This document shows, piece after piece, positions 52,645-64,000 of a stretch of DNA of 64,000 bases. The stretch lies in assembly GCA_010093815.1 (NCBI GenBank), contig ML996565.1; one strand, 5' to 3'. Each line of letters begins with the position of its first letter. The stretch's first letter is position 1. The notes below the pieces were generated by a model, which did no database searches, was not told the DNA's origin, and saw nothing but the letters and a program-made list of their open reading frames with translations. Source of the stretch: Pseudovirgaria hyperparasitica (taxonomy: Eukaryota). Both the position numbers and the translations under genes were made by a program.

Positions 52645-54998
52645 ATGTTCGCAGCAAAGCCAAGTACGCGTACAATGCACAATGGAACACATCCTACATT
52701 GAAAATACCATGGACCATTGGCTTACTTTCCATAATACATGTGGCGCAAATATATCACCTGCAGAATGGAGATAAGAGCTTGGTTTGGACCGTGACGGTC
52801 CAGCTGATTTTAATCATTCAGAGGACTGTCGATACCTATCTATACGACACTGGAAGCAGCCTCGCGACAGACTTGGTCTTGTATATCGTTCTTGGAGCCA
52901 CCCAGGCCGGACTCGTAGATCGAGCAGGCGTTTCACAATTGCTCTCTCGCTTTATCGATCATGTATCAAGCCATCTGGTTGCCGCGTTTGTATCGACAGT
53001 CATTCTACTCATCCCTATAGGATGGATAAGGCCATCGGGGACTGGGACGAGCACTTCTTCCAAGCTCGCCAATAGCCCGTTCAGGCCACTGCTTCTGCCC
53101 TGTAAAACAACGCATGCACGTGTCTTTCCCAAGAAACATTCATTCGGATATTCCTACCTGTTCGTGGGCGTTCCTGTTGGTTGGCATGGGAAGGTCGGGT
53201 CTCTGCTATCCGTCGACACCCACTGCTGCTTTGATGGAAACGAAGATAAGGGCTGGTTTCATGTCCAAGCAGGAGACTACCTGGAGCGTGGCAGTGAGGA
53301 ACTCGATCTGAAAGGAAAGCTTCATGCATATCTGGAGTCACAGGTGAGTAACAGCTCAAGCTAAAGGAGCCATGACTGACCTCTTTCCAGGGCGTGAAGA
53401 GCGAAGAATGGACTCATGCGTACCTGGTGACCGCGCCCAAGTTTCTGGGCTACTCCTTCAATCCGGTCTCCTTCTGGTACATCTACTCGGACGACTTGAC
53501 CCTCAAATACATGATCCTGGAAGTGAACAACACCTTCGACGAGCGCCGTATCTACCTCCTCAAAGCAGGCGATGACGCAGGAAACGGTACCACAACCAGC
53601 AGTACGCCAAACCCCAAGCCTCCCAAGCGCTTCACAAACGTCTGGACAAAAGACTTCCACGTATCCCCCTTCAATTCTCGCAAGGGCACATACTCCCTCT
53701 CAGCACTCAACCCGCTTGCTCAGTCCCCTGACATCCAAATCGACAACACCATCACGCTCAAGTCATCAAAACACCACCCCAAACTCGTCGCCCGCGTCTT
53801 CTCCACCTCCGCCCCCCTTGACCCTCGCACCCTCAATCTACGGCAAACAACACGCTTCATCACGGCCTGGTGGTGGGTCGGCCTCGTCACCTTCCCGCGA
53901 ATCGTCCGAGAGGCAGGCAAGCTCTTCTTCAGACGCAAGCTGCACGTCTGGTATAGACCAGAAGTCGACCGCCAAAGCATCGGCCGCACCCCAACAGCAG
54001 AAGAATCGTACGTGCCTTTCTCCTCCTCCAGCCTACTACTCCCCTATCGTACAAAACTAACACCACAACCACCTCCCAGCACCCTCGCCCCCTTCATAAC
54101 ATCCCACATCCAAGCCCTCCTCACACACACCCCAACACCCCTATCCCTAACCCTCTCCTCCCCCATCCCTTTCTCCACAACAACAACACCACAAAGCACA
54201 ACACCCACAACACAAAGCACAACAACAACAACAACAACCCTCACCTCCCCCCCAACCCCAACCCCACCCCCCAACTCAACCCCACACCTCACCCTCACCA
54301 TCCTCTCCCCAGCATTCTACTCCTCCCTCACCTCCCACCCAACCCTCCTCTCCGCCCTCTCCGCCGCCGCCCTCCACAAAGACCCCTCCTCCCGCACCGC
54401 TTACACAAACTCCCCGCTCCTCCTGCGCGCCTTTGCACATCCGCCGCCGTGCGCGGTTCGGGAGGTTTTGCTTGGTGGTGGTGGTGCTGGTGCTGGTGCT
54501 AGTGATACTCAAAAGCATCGAGAATCTGAGTCTGAGTCTGAGTCTGAGTCACGTGCAATTCTATGGAAAATAACACTCCCCCTCGAAGCATTCCGCTGGC
54601 GCGTCCTCGCTCTTCTCAGAACACCCTTCCGGGATATCTTCCGGCATATCTTCCGCCCGAAACCCGGCACCAGCACAAGCACCACCACCAGCACCACCAT
54701 CACCGAAACAGACACATACGTCCGCGCACGCTTCCCGGCCGAGCACGCGGCGCGCTATCGGCGCGCTGCTGCGAGGGTCATTCTAGCTAGTAGGCTTGCT
54801 GCTGGTTTTGAAGCGGCAGGAATGTGGGTTGTGGATTTTGTGGATTTGGTGCTGAGGGTGGGGATGGTGTGGGTTGGGCTGCGTGGACTGGGGTTGTTCG
54901 GAGGAGGAGGAGGAGGAGGAGGAGATCAGGGGTGGTGGGCATGGGACCGGGTTGTGCTGGGGAGTTTGGTGCATTTGTGGGGGATTTTGAAGGGGTGA
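52645..54998 (+). CDS. DUF1365 domain protein with hydrophobic N-terminus and low-complexity C-terminal half
   Basis: HARVFPKKHSFGYSY, PKFLGYSFNPVSFWY, LEVNNTFDER and KDFHVSPFN. Introns at ~53344-53390 and probably ~54008-54079. Start codon uncertain. Confidence 0.85.
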
Positions 54999-55306
54999 AG
55001 TTTTGAGCTATGTAGAAGTGTTTTTTATAACGAAAATGGTTCACAGGAAATATATGATGATGATAGTGGTGCTAGTAGGCACAGTATAACAGCTAGTGGG
55101 GAGTCGTGTGTTGTGATGTATCGTCTACGATTTAGAAAAAAAGGACTACTGCTGCTGAACTTCGACCCCCTCCCCTGCCCCATGCCACCACTCCATGATA
55201 TCCTCCTGGCTATCAACAACAACATCATCATCATCATCACATGAAATCTCGTAAACACCGCCTTCGCCGCTCAATGTTGGGAGTTTATGCTTTTTTCTTC
55301 TTCCGA

Positions 55307-55405
55307 TTATGCCTGCCCAGCAGCCGCAAAGTCATCGAGCGCCTCCTCGACACGCGCCTTCATCGTCTTCTCACCCTCACGGACCCACACACGGGGGTCG
55401 TACTT

Positions 55406-55441
<36 letters not shown>

Positions 55442-56863
55442 ACTGCCATCATGTCAGAATCGCAACTTGCAGTACTGCCACCCTGAAAGAGTTGACTTAC
55501 ACTTGGGTCTTCAGGTATTCAATGTTCTTGGTAACGTAGTCGCGAACACCGATGAGGTAGCCCCATTGCATATCGGTGTCGAGATTGACCTTGACCACGC
55601 CGAAGCTGATGGCTTGCTTGAACTCCTCCTTGGTTGATCCCGAGCCACCGTGGAAGACGAAGAAGACTGGCTTGGAGCTCTTCGCGGAGATCTTCTCTTG
55701 GACGAATTTCTGGTGCTTACCGAGGAGTTCGGGGTGGAGCTTGACGTTTCCTGGCTTGTACACACCGTGCACGTTGCCGAAACCGGCGGCAATGGAGAAG
55801 TAAGGCGAGATGGGTGCGAGAGTGTTGTAGATCTCGAGAATGTCCTCGGGCTGCGTGTAGAGGGAGTTGTTGTCGACATCTTCGTTGTTGACACCGTCTT
55901 CCTCACCACCGGTAATACCAATCTCCATCTCGAGCCACTGCTTCATCGGTGCAGCGCGCTTTAGGTACTTGGCAGTGGTCTCAATGTTGAATTTGACCTC
56001 CTCCTCAGAGAGATCGATCATGTGCGAGGAGTATAGAGGAGTACCGGTCAGCTTGAACTCGGCCTCATCGGCTTCGAACTATCAAAATTTAGCCTAGCCA
56101 TTGATGCGGTTGAGAGTGATTGTGTACTGACCATGCCGTCCAGCCATGGCAGGAGCTTCTTTGCGCAGTGATCGGTGTGGAGGATTACTACAAGTTGTTA
56201 GTCTTTCACACTAGAGTTTCATATTCGAATGCCAATCAACTCACCTGGGATTCCATAATGAGGCGCAACTGCGCGAATATAATGCGCGGCAGCGACGGCA
56301 CCGGCTACGGAGGCCTCACGCTTCTCAGAGCTGTCGGGGAGACCCTTGCCAGCAAAGTAACTTGTATTCTAGTCAGCGCCATGTTCCTGACAGATCCCCG
56401 TATAAACGTACGCAGCTCCGCCTTGGGAGCACTGAAGGACGATTGGGGACTTCTTGTCCTTGGCAGCCTCGAGAGCGGCAACTGCGTGACCACGTTAACA
56501 AAGCGTTAGGGTGTATAGAGTGACTGGTACATACCAACGGTGCTGGAAGATGTTACGTTAATGGCGGGAATAGCGAATTGCTTCTCCTGAGCGTATTGGA
56601 AGACCTGCGCATAGCTGTCAGCCCCTCCCTATCTCTCGAGTATCTTGAGGTCCCGCATCCAAGTGACTATGAATTTTGAACTCCATGTCATCCTACACAG
56701 GCTGTAAAGAGTATGGAAGAAGCATCGGTCGTACCTTGAGGACATCATCGCCGTAGATGACCTAGAGCGCAGAAGTCAGTAACCCGAGGTTCTTTGCAGA
56801 TCTACTGTTCGAGCAAGAGATACGTACGCCGGGCTTTATGTTGAGGTCTGAAAGGATACCCAT
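55307..56863 (-). CDS. FBA1: Fructose-bisphosphate aldolase class II, 8 exons
   Basis: FAIPAINVTSSS, HTDHCAKKLLPWLDGM, SSHMIDLSEE, EIGITGGEEDGV, GNVHGVY, HGGSGS and NKKKYDPRVW. Seven GT-AG introns; exon 1 is 56828-56863 and exon 2 is 56735-56761. Confidence 0.97.
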
Positions 56864-58311
56864 TGCGCTGTAGACTGATTGGTGTTTTTATATGGTTGTA
56901 TTGAGAGGAATTGGTGATGTGGAAGACAGAGGAAGAGGAAGAAGAGCGGTGCGCGGAGTGAAAGGTTTTACGTATAGTCGGGGCTCAAGATACAACCCCC
57001 CACCTTAGCGATGAACGCATAGCGTGAATGGGCGGGAGGGGCAGCCAAGTCAGCCAAGTTCCCTGACGCGCGCGGTCCCATGAATCAGATTCAGACATTC
57101 ACACCCGGTATCCACCGATCCGTTAAATCTCTCGTACGGCTACGGACTGATGGTGTAAGAGGTGACATGCTGCAATCTTCATCTCTTCTCGGCAAGACAT
57201 TGTTGATTGTTTGAGGTCGTGATACATTGCTTGGCATCCGTTGTCTATCGCGGCATTATTCTTGTCAGTGCGGTATCGGTCGGACGCTGCATCCACAAAT
57301 CCTTCACTTCGCCATCTTTGGATCGATAGGCCTTCGTCTGCCAATACCACGACTTGCATCAATTGCTTCAACATGCCGCCAATGACTTGTCGTTCATCTA
57401 TGGTATCTGTTTCGCAGTACTCAGTGCCCGAGTAACCTCCAATGTCGCTTTCATAGCCCTGTGGGCTGCTTGTTCTAAGTCCTTCACTTCCATTCGAGCG
57501 AAGACGGCTTGATTACAGCCATGCGTACGACCTGGGCGCCCATCATGGGATTCTGTCCAACACTCTGTGTCCAATGTCTCTTTGTTGTATGCAGCAAGCC
57601 TATGCGAACTTGCAATCGGTCAGATGGATGCGTGTCAGAGGCAGGTCTATCCTGACACAACACTCCACGGTCTCCACCAAGCCAGGGCAAGGTCATCTCC
57701 TTCAGCGAATCAGAGCAATTCATTTGCATATCCAGTTCGAGTAATGGGCCGTGGACCAAATGTTACCACAATAACGCTGTAGCTATCGGTTCAATATGAG
57801 ACGTATTCGAGCCTATTCGAGGCTTCACATATCGCAGCAGCAGACTCCGGTTCCGAGGCGTTTAGGTCCTGTGTGGACCGGTACTAGCCGTCCATACAAG
57901 GACGTATATGGAGGCCGTCGATATCCTCGGTAACAACAAGCTTCCACTCGTCTATCCGTCGTTGCATTCAGGATTAGATGGAACTTCGATCATGAGTGTC
58001 AACTTATTCAGCTTCGAGGCAGTACAGACAGTTCTACGGCCGCTCTTCGTGGAACATTTCTCTCACTTGTCAACTATCTTCGACCAAAAACCCGTGTCGG
58101 AGGAAGGACAGATCGCCCCGAAACACCGTCGCTGGCTTGGTTATGTTGAGAGCAACAGAGCACAGAAAACTATAACGCCAGAGCATTGGCTGCACACTGA
58201 AGCCGCTCATGCAGCATACAGTGTCTAGATCCGCAAGAATCAGATATAGCCCAGCCATCACCGACGAGATGAGCATGTTGTCGCGAGAACGATCTAATTT
58301 CGACACATAGG

Positions 58312-58407
58312 ACGAATGTGATCACAATCCACAAAAGCACGATATCGCGACGTCGCAGAACGACTGTGATCACAATTCACAAAAGCACGACGTTGGGACG
58401 TCGCTGA
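58312..58407. repeat. 48-bp tandem duplication (2 imperfect copies)
   Basis: acgaatgtgatcacaatccacaaaagcacgatatcgcgacgtcgcaga versus acgactgtgatcacaattcacaaaagcacgacgttgggacgtcgctga. Confidence 0.85.
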
Positions 58408-58767
58408 TGAAGCTTCGAAGCTTCGAAGTTGGGATGCTGTTGGTGGCGCTGGCTGACAAACCATGGATCCATCTATCATCAGACATGAAGAGTGTTTGTG
58501 GCACCATTATCGCCAGGCCTAGATGATTGCTAATACTCACAATCATCACGGTATACTTCCGTATAAGGCCTTCTAGGCTGCGTGCGTGAAATGTATAAAG
58601 GCGCATATCACCCCGTCGCCCATGAAGTCGAAAGCAAGCCCCAGTCTTGGTTTCTTATTACGTCTTCAACTCTATCCTATTGACATATCTTCCAATCATA
58701 ATCTCTTCCTCGCTACGACAGCTCAGTTCAGTTCACCCCTCGACACTCGTGAGACGTGACAAACAGT

Positions 58768-59766
58768 ATGGCCTCATCAATCAAGAAAGTCGCCATACTT
58801 GGGGTAAGTTTACCACCGAGGCTGCATATCTCTAACTCTTCAACTGATTGTCCACTTAGGCAGGTGGTAACATAGGCAAGCATGTGCTTGCAGCTCTCGT
58901 GAAGCAGTCTTTCGATGTTACCGTTGTCTCCAGACCCACTTCAACCTCCACATTCCCGTCACATATTCACGTTGTAAAGACTGAATACACTCCATCCGAG
59001 CTAGAGAAAGCTTTCGTAGGCCAAGATGCAGTCGTCAGTTTGGTTAGTGGCGACGGTTTCGCCGACCAAGTGAAAATTGTTGATGCAGCCATCGCCGCCG
59101 GTGTTAAAAGATTCATCCCCAGCGATTTCGGCTCAGACACCACGAATCCGAAAGCTGTGGAGGCCGTACCCATTTTCCATCACAAGCGCCAGGTCGTCCA
59201 GTACCTCGAGAGCAAGGAGGACCAGATATCGTGGACCGCCATCGTGACTGGCTTCTTCATTGACTTTGTAAGTCACCTTCAGGACCCACGTATACGAAGT
59301 CTCACACTCGCAGTGCCTTGCCTATAAATTAATTCCCATTGACGCTGGCAACAAGACAGCTGTCATATCTGACGGTGGTGACGTACCTTTCTCGGGCACC
59401 ACCTCAGAAAATGTTGGTCTCGCGACCGCAAGGGTCCTCGAGAAGGAAAGTGAGACGAAGAATAAATATGTCTTCGTGTCATCTTTGACTACGACTCTGA
59501 ACGAGCTTGTGGCTGTATACGAAAAGACTACTGGCTCTAAATTCAGCGTTACCCACGAGAGCACCGAAGAGGTGACAAAGACGAACTTGCAGAAGTTACA
59601 ACAGGGCGACTTCAGCGCCATTGGTCCTCTGATCCTAGCTTCTGCGTTCAGGAAGGAAGCTTGGGGTGATCTGAGAACGCTTGGAAGTGAGTCGTGGAAT
59701 GAGAGACTTGGACTACCAGCTGTGGATGTTGAGGATGTTGTGAAGGCTGTCGTCTCCGCAAAATGA
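58768..59766 (+). CDS. NmrA/isoflavone-reductase-like atypical SDR
   Basis: KVAILG|AGGNIG, GQDAVVS, DAAIAAGVKRFIPSDFG and WTAIVTGFFID. Introns at ~58804-58859 and 59268-59313. Confidence 0.9.
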
Positions 59767-60728
59767 TTCCGGAACAATCGTACACCAAACGAGGTACTGG
59801 AACCGGAATGTCAGAAAGCATGTGTACAGAGTTCAATTCAAAACTGCACGAGCTCATTATCATCACATGCGCATGCATCCATTCACAGACATCGCATTTC
59901 TCAATAGCCAGCCCAACCCACGCCGCACCATTTCTCTCATGCATGCAGCCACACTAACACGATCCAGCGCTCGCTGTACTATCTATTTTCGTAATATCGT
60001 CCCCACAGCTCAGCTCACGTCTCACAAAGTGTCACAAACCAAAACCCTCTCAGCTGGTCGATCGCCCCACATCCTCGGCCGCACCCGAGTCCAGATCTTC
60101 CAGGCACAAGTATCACCACCAACACCATTCATCTATGTAACTACAAACATTCCTAAAACAACAAGAACAGCTCTATACAGCCCGCTTCGCCGGTTCATCG
60201 TTTACTTATCCTGTCACAGCCCACCAGAACACTCCCAAGATTTGTCTCTATCATCAGACTAGACTCACTCCCTCGCTCTACCCTCGCTCTCCTGCATCCA
60301 TCTGCCCCGCCTCTTCTCGTATAGGCGGGGCATACGCCTGCGATAACCTTCCTTACCGGAGCGCCGTGCGCACATCTCTGGCTACACGTTGTGTGTCTGT
60401 CTGTGTCTCTGTGGCTCTGTGGCTATGGTCGTCATGTTCTGGACTTCATCCGACAGGGACCTCCTTGCCTTGGTGATGTGCCAAAATAGAAGATTCGGTG
60501 TCATTGCTGCTATTCAATACTACTACTCACTAATGAAACCTGTGCTCGTATTCAGATCCAGCTGGCGTGGTGGAGTGGAGGTGGTAGATAGATAGGATAT
60601 AAAAGGACATTGGGTACACTCGGTGATACGCGAACGGATGGATGGATAGCATCACGTTGTCTGCGTAGTGATTTCCTTTTGACTTGCCTTTATTATCCTG
60701 AGTATTTGCGACCTAGTCCTCGTAAAAT

Positions 60729-62940
60729 ATGGCAAACTGGCGAAAGCGCGCATCGCTCAAACGAGCGTAAGTCGTCTTCTAGCATCCGATACATCTCTCT
60801 GGCTGTATTTCCGTGATAAGCGCTGATGGGGGTATATATACACACAGAAGCGACCTCCAGAAACGACGTAAACACACCATCGTGCCATGGCTTGAATCCC
60901 CACTCGTCGGCGCCGACGTCGAGGAGCTGGTATTCGCACAGCGGCATGAAGCAAATACAATTGAGTTGTTCTTTGAGTACGTCCCCCTCCCTCTTTTTGC
61001 CCCTTCCCCCTTCCCCCCTTTCCTATATATCCAGGTTGTGTCTTCTGAACAACCCCAAAACAGCCTCTTCTTCGCTGCCAATCTCGCGACGTTTACGGCG
61101 TATCACTCTGTCACGGACGCAAAGGGCGTGTGGCCATATATTGGCTTCTTCGCCATCTTATGGGCGACGTGGTTCCAGATCACCCTGCACGACGTGCGGT
61201 TTGCACGGGATAGTGTGTACGAGCGCGCGTGCAAGACGGTACAGATGGTGTGCTTTGTCGGCTTTGCGTTGGTCGGGAGTAAATTTAGTCCGAGTCGAGA
61301 CGCGAAGAGCAATACGGTGAGTGTTTCTATCCGCTGTTTGGAACGAAAGCTGGTTCTTCAGAATGCAAAGGACGGTCGCTAATACAAATCCACCTTTGAA
61401 ACAGAACTTCCGCATCCTCTGCTACACCCTCGTCGTCTCCCGCGCCCTGCTCGTCCTGCAATACCTCGTCGTCCTCGCCTGCACGTACGCTCGCAAAGGC
61501 TACAGCAAGCTCTACCTCCCCCTCGCGCTCAACACGCTCGTATACCTCGTCGCCGCCGCCATCTTCGGCGCCATGACGCCCGCCTTCGCCGAGTCCGCGC
61601 AGACACACCGCGGCATCTACGCGCTGTGGTGGGCCGTCATGGCGGCCGAAGGCGCGCTGACCATTGCCATCTCCTCGCGGTGGCGCATGCTCAGCTTCAA
61701 GAAGACGCATCTCGTTGAGCGGATGGGACTGCTGACGCTGATTGTGATTGGTGAGGGCGCTATCGGCGTAACGAAGACGATTGCGAGCATGATGGGCAAG
61801 TATGGACTGGAGCCGGATGGGAGTGGGCAGACGCTGTGCTATATCCTGGTTTTGGTACTGGTCTGGATGCTGTACTTTGATACGCATCCGCATCGGCATT
61901 TCGGCACGATTAGGCAGCAGATCTGGTCGACGCTGCACTTTGTTCATCATTTGTGTATTGTGGGTGTTGTCGAGGGTAGTCGGCAGATGGCGCTGGCGCA
62001 TCACACGCTCTTGAACACGGAGAAAGTGGATAAGTTGCTGTGGGATGCGTGCGGCGTGGCGAACTTGGACGGTGAGGAGCTGGTAAGTTATCTTGTGACC
62101 GGGCTGGAGTATTTCCAGTTCGACACCAAGGTCGAAAGCGATCGGTATATCAGTCTAATCAACAATGACCTCTGGGCCATCGGCAACAGCACCGGAATCT
62201 GCGACCCCCTGAATCTCGCAGAAGTCACTGCACCGCCCTATCCGGTCGAGTTCTGGCAGCTGGCATATGACACAATCGGCGCGTTGTACGCATCGCTGGG
62301 CATGAAGTTGCCGTTAGACCAGACAGGCTTCGATCTCGCACTGTCGAGCTGGCGGGCCGTGTACATATATTTCTGGACCGCGCTGCTCTTCCTGCTCTTC
62401 AAATCGCTCATCTTCCTCGTTCTGATCCGACGGAACAAGATCGACATGTTCGACTATGCATCCATTGGCATTCGCGCTGTGGGCATGATGGTGTGCGTCG
62501 GGTTCCTGGGCGCGCTCGCCAAGGACGACGTTCTGATCAATCTTATCAAGACGCCTGCGATTCTGCCCTCTGTCGTCGCGCTGCTGCTGATCATCCTGCT
62601 ATGCGACCACTTTGCGCGCGTTGCGGCGAATTGGCGGCTGAAGAAATCGGGTCAGCCGTTCGATGAGGACAAGGATGAGGGTCATCATGGGCATGGAGAG
62701 CAGCGTGAGCATGTCGAAAATCATGGACACGACGGCAAAGAAGTGGTGCGGCCCAGTGTGATGCCGCTGCAGGGTACAGACGCATCGTATAGTAGTTCGT
62801 ATACGGGTTACAATCCTATGCCGGCGATGCATATGAATTCGGACAGCTCGCTATACTCTGGCCTTCCGACGCCATATTCTTCACCAGTACAAGGGCATGT
62901 AGCGGTACAGTATGTGCCAGTCGCACAATTGGGGCATTGA
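60729..62940 (+). CDS. LtrA-like (low temperature requirement A) multi-pass membrane protein
   Basis: EANTIELFF|DLFFAANL across intron ~60977-61063, DVRFARDS, HLVERMGLLTLIVIGEG and many TM segments. Other introns at ~60767-60820 and ~61317-61403. Confidence 0.8.
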
Positions 62941-63209
62941 TTAGAGTTAGGGAGTGATGTTGAGACACGTGATATTGACTTAAGTAGAGTTTTCATGAAA
63001 TGGGCATCTATATTGTCAAAACAGATTGTTACACTAAACATGTAACATAATGCAAACAAAAGTGGTATCGTGCCGGAGAAAGACAGATATACTCGCGAAA
63101 CGCCAGTTGCGCCGTCGCTATGTCTCAAAAGATAATCAAAAATTTGGTGAAATGTCGTGTTACAGTAGGTATGAAGGGCGACACGGCCGGTTCGCCTCCC
63201 TAAAATGGA

Positions 63210-64000
63210 TTATACCTCTCGCCATCCGTTGTTCATTGGCTGTCTTGTGTGCCATCCGCTCTGCTGAACAGGCTGCACCGGCGACTGCTGGTATCCATAT
63301 CCAGCATCATCGTTTCCATGATAAGGTGATCGGGGCGGCTGATATGGCGATGCTTGGCGAGCGTACTGACCACTTTCGTAGCCCTGATTCTGGTTGCTAT
63401 AGTCGCCTCCGTACTGTTGTTGGTTGTGGTATACACCAGACTCTTGTCCATATGCATTATTATTCTGGTAACTAGCGTCTTGCCTAAAGCCATGACCGCT
63501 ACCGTAGCCGCTTTGATTCGTGTTCTGGCGGCTGTTCTGAGGTCTATATGGGCCGGCATGATAGCCTCCACCATACGGGTTTTGGTGTGGTTGTTGTCCA
63601 GTAAAATACCCATTCTCCGAGGGTGACTGCACAGGCGAACGACCTGCTGGCGAGGCAATAGGCGCGGCTGCTGCTACGTATTCTCCATTCGGAGCAAGGG
63701 GTTTCATTTCTACATCTTCATGGGAATCATCCTCGATTCTATGGCTCTTTGCATCGCTCCATGACGGCATTGGTGGGAGAGCATCTTCATTCACAGGCTT
63801 GCTACTCGGGGTGTCAAAACGCGCATACTGCGGCGGTTCGTATGCATCGTTGTTCGAGCGGAGGCCGCCACCAGGTGTATATGAAGGCGCAGGGTGCGAT
63901 TGGTATGGAGTATTATAGGAGTTTGGGAGGACACCGGCGGTACGATCGGGGTCTTTCCGTCGACCGGAGCCGCAACAGCCAGCACAGCACTTAAAACAAC
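63210..64000 (-). CDS. Partial (5'-truncated) fungal protein with Cys cluster and Q/Y/G/P-rich tail ('fibroin-3-related'/Pin2-like)
   Basis: Frame is open from the window edge: CFKCCAGCCGSG...PPQYARFD...NEDALPPMPSW...EDVEMKPL, then a Q/N/Y/G-rich tail. Confidence 0.7.
   Translation of the reverse strand, partial: CFKCCAGCCGSGRRKDPDRTAGVLPNSYNTPYQSHPAPSYTPGGGLRSNNDAYEPPQYARFDTPSSKPVNEDALPPMPSWSDAKSHRIEDDSHEDVEMKPLAPNGEYVAAAAPIASPAGRSPVQSPSENGYFTGQQPHQNPYGGGYHAGPYRPQNSRQNTNQSGYGSGHGFRQDASYQNNNAYGQESGVYHNQQQYGGDYSNQNQGYESGQYARQASPYQPPRSPYHGNDDAGYGYQQSPVQPVQQSGWHTRQPMNNGWREV

Noticed and set aside
55260..55500. Cryptic peroxisomal isoform of Fba1 via readthrough or alternative splicing
   Set aside because: The stop is TAA without a TGA-CTA context, and retention of the last intron ends in KTQV, not a PTS1.
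58312..58407. CRISPR-like repeat
   Set aside because: Only two adjacent copies, no spacers, no cas genes and a eukaryotic context.

Overview
Gene-dense eukaryotic DNA from a filamentous ascomycete (Pezizomycotina; a Dothideomycete is plausible but not provable here), with short GT-AG introns carrying CTRAY branch sites. The left part holds conserved genes: a Dnf1/2-type P4-ATPase flippase, Sen1 helicase, a disordered coiled-coil protein, a TDP2-like EEP nuclease, Snf1, Spt6 and the Ste7-type MAPKK. The middle part looks more accessory: GH13 alpha-amylase, a DUF3669 protein, an HxxxD acyltransferase, a membrane protein with a possible thioredoxin-like fold, a possible transcription-factor remnant, a thiol/halide methyltransferase, Otu2, a PTS1-bearing SDR and a plant-like pathogen-related protein. 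The right part holds tRNA-Ile(AAT) inside a microsatellite island, an FLC/TRP-like channel, GrpB and DUF1365 proteins, class II aldolase Fba1, an NmrA-like reductase, an LtrA-like membrane protein and a partial Cys-rich protein. I saw no transposon, CRISPR array, rRNA or secondary-metabolite backbone gene, and I cannot claim a demonstrated new system. The best leads are recurring C-rich to G-rich skew flips centred inside genes, a kinase-like motif set in the DUF3669 protein, and a possible spliced non-coding transcript. All family assignments are by eye from motifs, and intron coordinates are manual and approximate.
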